DNA of 64,000 bases from contig NW_005434641.1 in the NCBI RefSeq assembly GCF_000315625.1, positions 387,113 to 451,112 of the forward strand, in the 5' to 3' direction. The notes beneath the pieces were generated by a model. The model searched no databases and was not told the origin of the DNA. It saw only the letters and a program-made list of their open reading frames with translations. Shown here one piece after another: positions 1-11,204 of this stretch (its first letter is position 1; every line of letters starts with the position of its first letter). Source of the stretch: Guillardia theta CCMP2712. Lineage: Eukaryota > Protista > Cryptophyta. The position numbers and the translations under genes were made by a program.

Positions 1-1844
1 ACCTGCGGCAGCTGGGCTTTCGCTTCAACGTGCAGGAAAAGTGCTGGAGCTCGCGGCTAGAGGACGTCAAGCGGCTGCTGCCTGATGAAGACCTGACGTT
101 GGACGCGATCATGGGCGTCATGCCGGATGACAAGCAGCTCGTGCCGCAGGCTCCCTTCCTGTCCATCAACGGCACCGACGTTGAAGTCCACAACTCCTAC
201 TCCATGAAAGACTCGCTGCGCTCCATCGGGTTTCGATTCGATGCGGCGCGAGCTTGCTGGATCAGACCTGTAGAGGAAGTCCTGACCCTGCTCGAGCTGC
301 CAGACTCCTCCAGCATCACCCTCGAGTTGCTCACGGAAACCAGCAAGAGAGCAGGTGCGACCCTCCTCTCCTCCTCTCCTCCTCCTCGCTCTCCTCCTCC
401 TCTCCTCCTCCTCGCTCCTCCTGCTCCTCTCCTCCTCCTCGCTCTCCTCCTGCTCCTCTCTCTGCTCTTCTCTCATCCACTCATACAGTCGAAGGCGAGA
501 TCGCGCAGGAGAAACTTGCTCCACATAAATCGGCAGCTCCCTCGCTCAAGGTGGAGGGCGACGAGCTCGCGGTGTACAACTGCTACGAGGTGAGAGGAGG
601 AGGAAGGGGAGGAAGTTGCCTGACTTGACCGTCAGATCCGCGAGAAACTTCGAGCCGCTGGCTTCCGGTGGAACTCCGAAGGTGCCAAGTGGACGAGAAA
701 CTTGCAGGATGCGATGTATGCCTTGGGTATTGACGGTACGATGAGAGCGGCGCGAGGGCAACAAACTGACGGAGAGGATCAGACGCATCTGATCTGACTG
801 TGGAGAAACTCCTCTCCTTGGAAGCGACCGGAGAGGGTCGGGAGCAAGGGAAGGAGAAGGCTTCTCCCCACCTCTCTGTGGTCGACGGGGAGGTGCTCGT
901 GTTCAACTCGTATGAGGTCTCCCGCGCTCCTCTGCTGCCTCCCAGTCAAGGTCTCCTGCAGGTGAAAGACAAGCTCCGCGCCATCGGCTTCCGCTGGGAC
1001 TCAAGTCGAGGCGTGTGGTCGAGGCCTACGGTGGACACGATGAGCTTGCTGGGGGTGACGGAGGAGGAAGCGATCTCCCTAGACAAGCTGCTCGCTGTCG
1101 ACCCGCTCAGTCAGCAGGCTGAGCAAGCGCAGCCGACGGTTGAGGTTGTGAACGAGGAAGTGCTGGTGCTCAACTCTTACTCGGCAAAAGAGGAGCTCAA
1201 GTCCCTTGAGTTCCACTTCGACAGGTAACCCCCAGCCATCATCGCCCGCCTCCTCTTCTTCCCCTCCGCTGCTTCGCATCCACATCCCGGTTGCTCCGCG
1301 AGCTCCGGGTTTCTGCTGCTGCTTCCTCTCTCCCCTTGCTGTAAACTTGTTGAGAGTTGACTCACGGGCAGTGAGCGGCGGGCGTGGGTGAAGAGCGTGG
1401 TGGAGGTGAAGCAGATGCTCGGGCTGGAGGACCAGATGGACATTGACATGAACAAGCTGCTCGCACACGCAGAAAAATTGCGAAGTCAGGCCAAGGAGGG
1501 CGAGCAGCTCGAGGAGGGAGAACATGCCCAGGAGCAGGAGCAGATGGAGGAGGGGGAGGGGGGTGGAGGGGCTAAGCCAGCGGATCGCTCTCCTTCACCT
1601 GACGTGGTCGATCACACGCCTGGTCCTCTTCCTCCTCTGCTGACAGACAGCTACTGACCCAACGCAGATCTGCTGTCGAGCATGGGGCAGAGCCTGCAAG
1701 GCTGGTCAAGTAAGTAGAGCCTCCCTCCCCATCCCTCCTCCCTCTTCTGTTCCTCCTGCCCTTCCCACCCCCTCTACCTCCTTGACCCCCTCCCTCCGTC
1801 CCTCCCATATGACAGAGATGGCAGAGACGTCAGAGAAGGCGTAG
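1..1844 (+). CDS. Multi-exon protein (5' end outside window) with at least 5 tandem ~45-aa repeats of type V.V.NSY..KD.L+.iGF+wD.....W.+
   Basis: Spliced reading gives LRQLGFRFNVQEKCW, VHNSYSMKDSLRSIGFRFDAARACW, VYNCYE|IREKLRAAGFRWNSEGAKW, VFNSYE|VKDKLRAIGFRWDSSRGVW and VLNSYSAKEELKSLEFHFDS|ERRAW, with GT-AG introns. Probable stop TAG at 1842-1844. Confidence 0.75.
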
Positions 1845-2533
1845 ATGATGCATGGAGGGAGAGTTGAGGAGAGCTTTTCCGCATCGCTCGAGGGATAAGC
1901 ATGTTATCATATGATACAAGTAAAGAATGTGTTAGAGGGAAAGGTCTCCCCTTGTTCGAGTTTCAAATACTTGTCACTTTGTTAACCCCTCCACTGCTTG
2001 TTAGTGATGCCCAATCATAGATTGTCTGTGTTGTCTCTTCGTCGCTTGCTCGTCTTTTAGTCTCCGCGGCCTCCCGTTGGCTGTTCAGTGAGAGGTAAAC
2101 TGTAAACGTTGCCGCGCATTTGCAAGCAGCACTGCTGGCAACCAGACCCAACTCAGACGATCATGCCTGCACTGCCAGCCCGGCACGCGGGAAGCCGCGT
2201 AGAAAAGCAGGGAGGGGCAAGCAACAAGCACCGTGATACCGGCCATCACTGTGACGTCTGATGCCTCCGGAGAGCTCGACGCCACTGGACTCACGGATTT
2301 ACTGGCAGAAGGTAAAAAGTGCCTCAAGCAAAACAAAGCAGGATCAAGCTAAACCTCCTGGCACACAGCGCACAGCGAGAAGCTGCACAATCACACACAA
2401 AACACAAGCCCGAAAGANNNNNNNNNNNNNNNNNNNNNNNNNNNNNNNNNNNNNNNNNNNNNNNNNNNNNNNNNNNNNNNNNNNNNNNNNNNNNNNNNNN
2501 NNNNNNNNNNNNNNNNNCTGCCAGTAAATCCAT

Positions 2534-3405
2534 TATACCCCCTCAAGGCCTTCCCGCACCGCTATGCTCAGATGCTCGACTGCTATCTCCATGGCATGCC
2601 GATCTGCCAGCGTCCGACGGAATGTGATGGATGTCAGCGCGAGCTCGATCCCTCCGTTGCTGCACATCATCTCCAGACCTGCAAACGCCGATCCTCCAAG
2701 CTTCCCACGGCGCATGACAACCTTACTCGTACGATTCGGTCGATGCTGAACGAAGCTGGTCTTCAGAGCGTCATCGATACAGTGGGGGATCCTCGTTCTC
2801 GACGGCAGGTACCCTCCCATCCTCATGGCCGCAAGATGAAGGGCGATATCCACATCCCTGGAATCCGCGATCGAGGGTCCGAGCAGTACGAGGGCTTGAT
2901 GGCGGACGTGACGTTGGTCCACCCTTACATTGGTAGCTCTGCCGACCTGACCAAGTGGGGGGAGGTCAACCTCGACGCCCTCCATGTTGCAGCGTCTGAG
3001 AAGATTCGCAAACATCGCGCTGCATATGCTATGACTACTCCTCCTCGAGCGTTCATCCCTCTTGCCATCTCGACGGACGCCGGTACCCTGCATCCTGACA
3101 CCCTCCGCTTCATCTGGTATTTGGCGGACATCATTGCTCAGCGCTCGATGCCTCTTGAGGATGCGGCGTTTGGTCGGCACTTTGTGCCTGATGACGGCCC
3201 TGCTGCTGAGGTCTTGGCTCGCAAACGCGCCGCCACCTATCAGCGCCTCACCATGCAGCTGACGCTGGAGGCGCTCTTGTCTGGTGCGAGGCGCATGACG
3301 CCCTTGCGGGCGCAAGCACTTCTCGAGCCAGAGGACAGCTCCTCCTCGACTCGAGAGAGATGGATTGACAGTGGTCAGTCGGCTGCTTCCGGGTATCGCG
3401 TCTAA
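2534..3405 (+). mobile_element. Retrotransposon C-terminal fragment: CCHC zinc knuckle plus restriction-like endonuclease
   Basis: CDGC..HHLQTC, then HDNL, KGDIHIP, MADVTLVHP and SEKIRKH: the C-x2-C..H..C / HD / xD / DVT / K..K layout of CRE-clade RLE domains. Confidence 0.8.
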
Positions 3406-4701
3406 GGGATTTTATTCCTCCTGCATGCTCCTGCTGCTTGTTGCTTGATTGCTTGACCCTTCGGCTGCTTGTCTGCGCGGCTTCGCGCTTGGGCTGGCGC
3501 TGCCGCGTCTGGGTGCCAGCAGTGCTGGTTCTTTTCGGGCTTGTGTTTTGTGTGTGATTGTGCAGCTTCTCGCTGTGGACTGTGTACCTGCCGGTTCAGC
3601 TTGTTCCTGCTTTGTTTTGCTTGAGGCACTTTTTATCTTCTGCCAGTAAATCCTCACTGTGACGTCGGGTGCCTCCGGAGAGCTCGACACCACTGGGGTG
3701 CTTGCAGCTGGTCCGAGCTCGCCTGCTTCCTCCCCGGCATCGGTCGGGTCACGCCGGTCCTTGGGCATTGCCGCGGCGTCGCCGCCGTCACGGGCGGCTA
3801 CCGCTGACTCGGCTACCGCTGACTCGGAGGCTAGCGAGGAGGACTACCTCGAGGAGGACTACCTCGAGGAGGAAGCCTACAGGATTTACTGGCAGGAGGA
3901 GGTTGTTCCTGCTTTGTTTTGCTTGAGGCACTGTTTACCTTCTGCCAGTAAATCCATTAGCGAACAAGNNNNNNNNNNNNNNNNNNNNNNNNNNNNNNNN
4001 NNNNNNNNNNNNNNNNNNNNNNNNNNNNNNNNNNNNNNNNNNNNNNNNNNNNNNNNNNNNNNNNNNNNCAGTCGAGACGTCCGCTGCCGCCACAAAGCGG
4101 GCGGCCGCGGACGGAGAAAGGGCAGCCGCCGACAAGGAGCCGGCGCTGCCCGGGTGTCCGCCTGGGGCGGCAGCGGACGGAGGGAGGCTGGACACAGGAA
4201 CACGGTACCGCTCGAGGTAGTCCTCCTCGCTAGCCTCCGAGTCAGCGGTAGCCAAGTCAGCGGTAGCCGCCCGTGACGGCGGCGACGCCGCGGCAATGCC
4301 AGGTATAGGATTTACTGGCAGAAGATAAAAAGTGCCTCAAGCAAAACAAAGCAGGAACAAGCTGAACCGGCAGGTACACAGTCCACAGCGAGAAGCTGCA
4401 CAAACACACACAAAACACAAGCCCGAAAAGAACCAGCACTGCCCAAGGACCGGCGTGACCCGACCGATGCCGGGGAGGAAGCAGGCGAGCTCGGACCAGC
4501 TGCAAGCACCCCAGTGGTGTCGAGCTCTCCGGAGGCACCCGACGTCACAGTGAGGATTTACTGGCAGAAGATAAAAAGTGCCTCAAGCAAAACAAAGCAG
4601 GAACAACCTCCTCCTGCCAGTAAATCCTGTAGGCTTCCTCCTCGAGGTAGTCCTCCTCGAGGTAGTCCTCCTCGCTAGCCTCCGAGTCAGCGGTAGCCGA
4701 G

Positions 4702-6290
4702 TCAGTGGTAGCCGCCCGTGACGGCGGCGACGCCGCGGCAATGCCCAAGGACCGGCGTGACCCGACCGATGCCGGGGGAGGAAGCAGGCGAGCTCGGACC
4801 AGCAGCAAGTACCCCAGTGGTGTCAAGCTCTCCGGAGGCACCCGACGTCACAGTGAGGGACGGAGACGCCTCGCCAGCTCCGCGCCGATCGTCGGGGCCA
4901 CTCGAAGGGTTTCCCCCATCGGAGTCGGAGACCTCCGGCGAAGACTCCTCGGGCGACTCGACAAAGTCCGAGGAGGAGCTGTCCTCTGGCTCGAGAAGTG
5001 CTTGCGCCCGCAAGGGCGTCATGCGCCTCGCACCAGACAAGAGCGCCTCCAGCGTCAGCTGCATGGTGAGGCGCTGATAGGTGGCGGCGCGTTTGCGAGC
5101 CAAGACCTCAGCAGCAGGGCCGTCATCAGGCACAAAGTGCCGACCAAACGCCGCATCCTCAAGAGGCATCGAGCGCTGAGCAATGATGTCCGCCAAATAC
5201 CAGATGAAGCGGAGGGTGTCAGGATGCAGGGTACCGTCCGTCGAGATGGCAAGAGGGATGAACGCTCGAGGAGGAGTAGTCATGGCATATGCAGCGCGAT
5301 GTTTGCGAATCTTCTCAGACGCTGCAACATGGAGGGCGTCGAGGTTGACCTCCCCCCACTTGGTCAGGTCGGCAGAGCTACCAATGTAAGGGTGGACCAA
5401 CGTCACGTCCGCCATCAAGCCCTCGTACTGCTCGGACCCTCGATCGCGGATTCCAGGGATGTGGATATCGCCCTTCATCTTGCGGCCATGAGGATGGGAG
5501 GGTACCTGCCGTCGAGAACGAGGATCCCCCACTGTATCGATGACGCTCTGAAGACCAGCTTCGTTCAGCATCGACCGAATCGTACGAGTAAGGTTGTCAT
5601 GCGACGTGGGAAGCTTGGAGGATCGGCGTTTGCAGGTCTGGAGATGATGTGCAGCAACGGAGGGGTCGAGCTCGCGCTGACATCCATCACATTTCGTCGG
5701 ACACTGGCAGATCGGCATGCCATGGAGATAGCAGTCGAGCATCTGAGCATAGCGGTGCGGGAAGGCCTTGAGGGGGTAGTAGCTCGAGACTCGCGTCGGA
5801 GAGTGGCTCAGGTCTCGCTCAGGAAAATGAGCGAAGATGGTAGACTGCAAGACCCTATCCTGCGACTTGAGCGAGTGTGTCCTGCGGCTGTGCAAGGTGA
5901 GGATATCACGCTGCTGATCGGTCAGCGCAGCGCGAGCATGCACATGGCGAGGGAAGACGCGCATGACAAGAGGAGTCACATTTCGCTGCGCAGGGGGAGG
6001 AATGAAGTGCTCATGAGACGAGTCGACGAGAGCGCGCAAACCAGGGATGTGTACCACAGATGCCGGGGGGCGTCCTGCGTCATCAGGCACAGCAGCCGGG
6101 GCAGGTGGGATCGCCGCGCCATCTGCAGCCGGTGCAGGAGCCTTGACACGACGGTAGAGGATCGCTCCAGCATTATGAACGAAGTCGTGCGCCTCAACGA
6201 AGAAGGTCGCCAGAGGATGCTTCTGGGCACGGAGAGATCTCGAGCAGTGAACGTCCAGGCTATGAGGAGAGGTCAGCGTCCGGGACATGA
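4702..6290 (-). mobile_element. Longest retrotransposon ORF fragment (post-RT linker, zinc knuckle, RLE, acidic/Ser-rich tail)
   Basis: Within ORF 4702..6513(-). Near-identical to 2572..3405(+). Its N-terminal part matches 9940-10160(+), which lies downstream of the RT. Confidence 0.8.
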
Positions 6291-8904
6291 GGGACGGAGA
6301 CGCCTCGCCAGCTCCGCGCCGATCGTCGGCGCCACTCGACGTGTTTCCCCCATCGGAGTCGGAGACCTCCGGCGAAGACTCCTCCTCGGGCGACTCGACA
6401 AAGTCCGAGGAGGAGCTGTCCTCTGGCTCGAGGAGTGCTTGCGCCCGCAAGGAGCCGGGCATCGCCGGCTCCTTGTCGGCTGGCGAGGCGTCTCCGCCCC
6501 TCAAGCAAAACAAAGCAGGAACAATCCAATGAAGATTGTGCAGCTTCTCGCTGTGTGCTGTGTGCCAGGAGGTTTAGCTTGTTCCTGCTTTGTTTTGCTT
6601 GAGGCACTTCAGCGAGAAGCTGCACAAACACACACAAAACACAAGCCCGAAAAGAACCAGCACTGCTGGCTAGCAACCGTCAGCAGACCCGGCACCGCCA
6701 GCCCAAGCGCGAAGCCGCGCAGACAACGGATTTACTGGCAGAAGGTAAAAAGTGCCTCAAGCAAAACAAAGCAGGATGCCTCCGGAGAGCTCGACACCAC
6801 TGGGGTGCTTGCTGCTGGTCCGAGCTCGCCTGCTTCCTCCCCGGGCATCCGTCGGGTCCCGCCGGTCCTTGGGCATCCTGCTTTGTTTTGCTTGAGGAAC
6901 TTTTTACCTTCTGCCAGTAAATCCATTACTACTGCATTGCCGCGGCGTCGCCGCCGTCACGGGCGGTGTGGGTTTCGGCTACCGCTGACTCGGAGGCTAG
7001 CGAGGAGGACTACCTCGAGCGGTACCGTGTTCCTGTGTCTAGCCTCCCTCCGTCCGCTGCCCCAGGCGGACCCCCGGGCAACGCCGGCTCCTTGTCGGCG
7101 GCTGCCCTTTCTCCGTCCGCGACCGCCCGCTTTGTGGCGGCAGCGGACGTCTCGACTCGAGAGAGATGGATTGACAGTGGTCAGTCGGCTGCTTCCGGGT
7201 ATCGCGTCTAAGGGATTTTATTCCTCCTGCATGCTCCTGCTGCTTGTTGCTTGATTGCTTGACCCTTCGGCTGCTGAGGCATTTTTTACCTTCTGCCCGA
7301 AAATCCTATACCTTCGGCTGCTTGTCTGCGCGGCTTCGCGCTTGGGCTGGCGATGCCGGGTCTGCTGACGGTTGCCAGCAGTGCTGGTTCTTTTCGGGCT
7401 TGTGTTTTGTGTGTGATTGTGCAGCTTCTCGCTGTGCGCTGTGTGCCTGGAGGTTTAGCTTGTTCGCTAATGGATTTACTGGCAGAAGGTAAACAGTGCC
7501 TCAAGCAAAACAAAGCAGGAACAAGCTAAACCTCCTGGCACACAGCGCACAGCGAGGAGCTGCACAATCACACACAAAACACAAGCCCGAAAAGAACCAG
7601 CATTGCTGGCACCCAGACGCGGCACCGCCAGCCCAAGCGCGAAGCCGCGCAGACAAGCAGCCGAAGGGCCAAGCAATCAAGCAACAAGCAGCAGAAGCAA
7701 GCAGGAGGAATAAAATCCCTTAGACGCGATACCCGGAGGCAGCCGACTGACCACTGTCAGTCGAGACGTCCGCTGCCGCCACAAAGCGGGCGGCCGCGGA
7801 CGGAGAAAGGGCAGCCGCCGACAAGGAGCCGGCGTTGCCCGGGGGTCCGCCTGGGGCAGCGGACGGAGGGAGGCTGGACGGTACCGCTCGAGGTAGTCCT
7901 CCTCGCTAGCCTCCGAGTCAGCGGTAGCCGAGTCAGCGGTAGCCGCCCGTGACGGCGGCGACGCCGCACACACAGCGGCAATGCCCAAGGACCGGCGTGA
8001 CCCGACCGATGCCGGGGAGGAAGCAGGCGAGCTCGGACCAGCAGCAAGCACCCCAGTGGTGTCGAGCTCTCCAGAGGCACCCGACGTCACAGTGAGGGAC
8101 GGAGACGCCTCGCCAGCTCCGCGCCGATCGTCGGCTCCACTCGACGTGTTTCCCCCATCGGAGTCGGAGACCTCCGGCGAAGACTCCTCCTCGGGCGACT
8201 CGACAAAGTCCGAGGAGGAGCTGTCCTCTGTGCTTGCGCCCGCAAGGAGCCGGGCATCGCCGGCTCCTTGTCGGCTGGCGACTCAGGCGTCTCCGCCCCT
8301 CAAGCAAAACAAAGCAGGAACAATCCAATGAGCGAGGAGCTGCACAATCACACACAAAACGCTTGAGGCACTTTTTACCTTCTGCCAGTAAATCCGTAAT
8401 ACCCTCGGTCGGGTCACGCCGGTCCTTGGGCATTGCCGCGGCGTCGCCGCCGTCACGGGCGGTGTTGGTCTCGTAAAAAGTGAGGAGGACTACCTCGAGC
8501 GGTACCGTGTTCCTGTGTCCAGCCTCCCTCCGTCCTCGGCGCTGCCCCAGGCGGACCCCCGGCCCGGGCCGGGCAACGCCGGCCGCCCTTGTCGGCGGCT
8601 GCCCTTTCTCCGTCCGCGACCGCTCGCTTTGTGGCGGCAGCGGACGTCTCGACTGACAGTGGTCAGTCGGCTGCCTCCCGAGTCCGGGTATCGCGTCTAA
8701 GTCGGACACGGATTTACTGGCAGAAGGTAAAAAGTGCCTCAAGCAAAACGTCTAAGGGATTTTATTCCTCCTGCATGCTCCTGCTGCTTGTTGCTTGATT
8801 GCTTGACCCTGCGCGCCGGGCTTCGCGCTTGGGCTTGCGGTGCCGAAAGGATACGTCGGAAATATAGGATTTACTGGCAGAAGGTAAAAAGTGCCTGGTC
8901 AGTG

Positions 8905-10160
8905 CTGGTGAGTTTGGATGCAAGAACGCCTTCAACTCCCTCGACCGCCAGGCTCTCTTCGATGCAATCGAGGGACGTGCGAGTCCCGACTACTTTAATG
9001 GGAGCATCACTGAAGGCGCTCGCTTGCCCTCTTATCCTCTTGCGAGCATCTCCGTTTGTTCGCCTCCTACCTCTCCAGCTACTATGGAGACTCTGCTGAC
9101 CTTCGACTCTTTCACAAAAGTCAGTCAGCCTCCGTTCAGTGTACCTCGGGCGTCTGTCAGGGCGATGTCCCCTCCAGCGTATTTTTCTGCCACAGTATCC
9201 ACCCCCTGCTCCTCCATATCGCAGAGCTTTTTCCCTCTGTTCGAGTCTTGGCCTATGCTGACAACGTCGTGCTTGTCGGTCCACTCGAGGATGCCGTTGC
9301 AGCTACGTCCGCTATGAAGAAGTACATGTTGGCTGATCTGAAGCTAGAGATTCAACCTCGCGAGTCGAAAGTTTACATCCCCTCCTGGCATCAACACCCT
9401 GATCTCTCGCAGCTGAAGAAGAGCCTTAAGCGCCGTCTCAAGACTCAACTTCTTCACTTCGAGGTCGTCACTGGCGGGATTACACTTGGCGGCCTGCCTA
9501 TCGGCACGGATGGATTTCATGCTAGTCAGCTCCGAGCGAAGGTTTCTACCCTCAACGAAGAGCTCTCGAAGCTCGGGCTCGTCCAGCATGGCTTCATGTT
9601 CAAGACGCTAGTGAGGGCGAGCCATCTCCAGAAGCGGCTGCGCTTCTTTCTCCAGGGGTCATCTCCGTTTCTCCCGCGGGTCCAGTCACAGATTCGTCGC
9701 TTTGACCTCTCTGTCCACCTGGCGCTTGAGAAATACCACCGCTAGCCTTCCTCGCAGTACCTCGCCGCGCATCCCGACCTGCTAGAGTTTGCGAGGTTCA
9801 AGCAGGAGCTTCCGCCGCTGATAGTCGGGGAGGGGACGAGTTCACGCCCTCTGAGGGTCTACACCCCGCTGTTTACTATACGGCTATCGCTCGCTTCCTC
9901 GCTTGGTACTCTGACCAGCCCATGTCCCGGACCTTGCCCTCTCCTCATAGCCTGGACGTTCACTGCTCGAGATCTCTCCGTGCCCAGAAGCATCCTCTGG
10001 CGACCTTCTTCGTTGAGGCGCACGACTTCGTTCATAATGCTGGAGCGATCCTCTACCGTCGTGTGAGGGCTCCTGCACCGGCTGCAGATGGCGCGGCGAT
10101 CCCACCTGCCCCGGCTGCTGTGCCTGATGACGCAGGACGCCCCCCGGCATCTGTGGTACA
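8905..10160 (+). pseudogene. Disrupted reverse transcriptase region of the CRE-like element
   Basis: LVSLDA/KNAFNSLDRQALFDAI (frameshifted), SGVCQGDVPSSVFFC, LAYADNVVLVGP, LEIQPRESKVY, GITLGGLPIG. In-frame TAG at 9743-9745 and frameshifts. Confidence 0.8.
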
Positions 10161-10838
10161 CACTGAGTCCCTGGTTTGCGCGCCGCTCTCGTCACTACAT
10201 TGCCGCCTTGACACGTAAGACGTCTTGGTTTACAGGAGAGTTTTTGTTAACTCGGCGCTATCTGACTGGCACGGCTGGCATACGTTCCATCAAGAGCGCC
10301 TTCAACACCCTCGACCGCCGCGCCAAGCTCTCTCGACTCCATCGAGGGCACTGCGGCAGGGCGAGTCGTAACAACGGAGACGGATTTACTGGCAGAAGGT
10401 AAAAAGTGCCTCAAGCAAAACAAAGTAACTATTTTGATGGGAGCCGCGATCAGCGAAGGAGCACGCTTGCCGCAAGCTTGCGAGCCTCTCCGGTTGTTCG
10501 CCTCCTATCCGATCTCCAGCTACTATGGAGACTCTGCTGACCTTCGGGCCTCTTTCATAAGGATCAGTCAGCTTCCCTTCAAAAATGTACTTGAGGCGTC
10601 TGTCAAGGCGATGTCCCCTCCGACCCCTAGGCTCTGTTCGAGTCTTGGCCTACGCTGACAACGTGAGTCGTAGAACACTTCAAATCAGTCAACTTGGACA
10701 GTGCCTGGCAGAAGGTAACAAAGCAGGAACAAGCTAAACTTGCATGAACACACCGACACAGCGAGAAGCTGCACAACAGTGCTGGTTCTTTTCGGGCTTG
10801 TGTTTTGTGTGTGTTTGTGCAGCTTCTCGTACTTCTGC

Positions 10839-11090
10839 AGTGGCCGGTCGATTCAAGTTCAACCGGCATCCGAGTGGGCCCGGCGCACGGTACGGTGTGA
10901 CTCACGGCCGGTGGCAAGCCTAACAAACTTCCGTACAGCTACCGTGGCTCCAGCGGGCCCCGGACCGGCGATCACCCGGTGACCCGGCGTCGCCCGGTAC
11001 TACCCGGCCCGCGGTACGGCCCCCCCCGGCCCCGGGTATTCCGAAGCAGTTCAAGAAGTCAAAGCCGGCTAGTCAGTTGGTACACTGAGG
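10839..11090. other. GC-rich CCGG island 1
   Basis: Dense CCGG/GGCC words plus TTCAAGTT, TGACTCA and CGGTACGG, upstream of the RluA gene. Confidence 0.6.
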
Positions 11091-11204
11091 AGCCTGGGGT
11101 TGAATTTGGCTGCCTCATGTCTTGCCGGTATCTTCATCTGGGGCGGACTGGTTTTCTATGTCGGCTGCTATACTAGGATGTAACCAAAGCCATTCAAGTA
11201 GCAC

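Larger units (their letters stand above)
2160..10835. mobile_element. Cluster of fragmented, mixed-orientation copies of a CRE-like non-LTR retrotransposon (RT plus CCHC knuckle plus restriction-like endonuclease)
   Basis: RT motifs at ~8905-9745, endonuclease region in two near-identical copies (2534-3350 +, ~4980-5780 -), and many copies of the ORF C-terminus and 3' UTR on both strands. Contains two N gaps. Confidence 0.85.

Noticed and set aside
2295-2345. Terminal motif as an snRNA or spliced-leader target gene
   Set aside because: Only superficial resemblance to the U1 5' end. No Sm site or matching structure recognised.
4705-7254. 849-aa + strand ORF
   Set aside because: Antisense shadow of the retrotransposon ORF in GC-rich DNA, running through chimeric repeat fragments. 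No recognisable motifs.
2295-10430. Recurrent ~30-48 bp repeat as a CRISPR array
   Set aside because: Irregular spacing, both orientations, intervening sequences are repeated element fragments, no cas genes, eukaryotic context. It is the retroelement 3' end.
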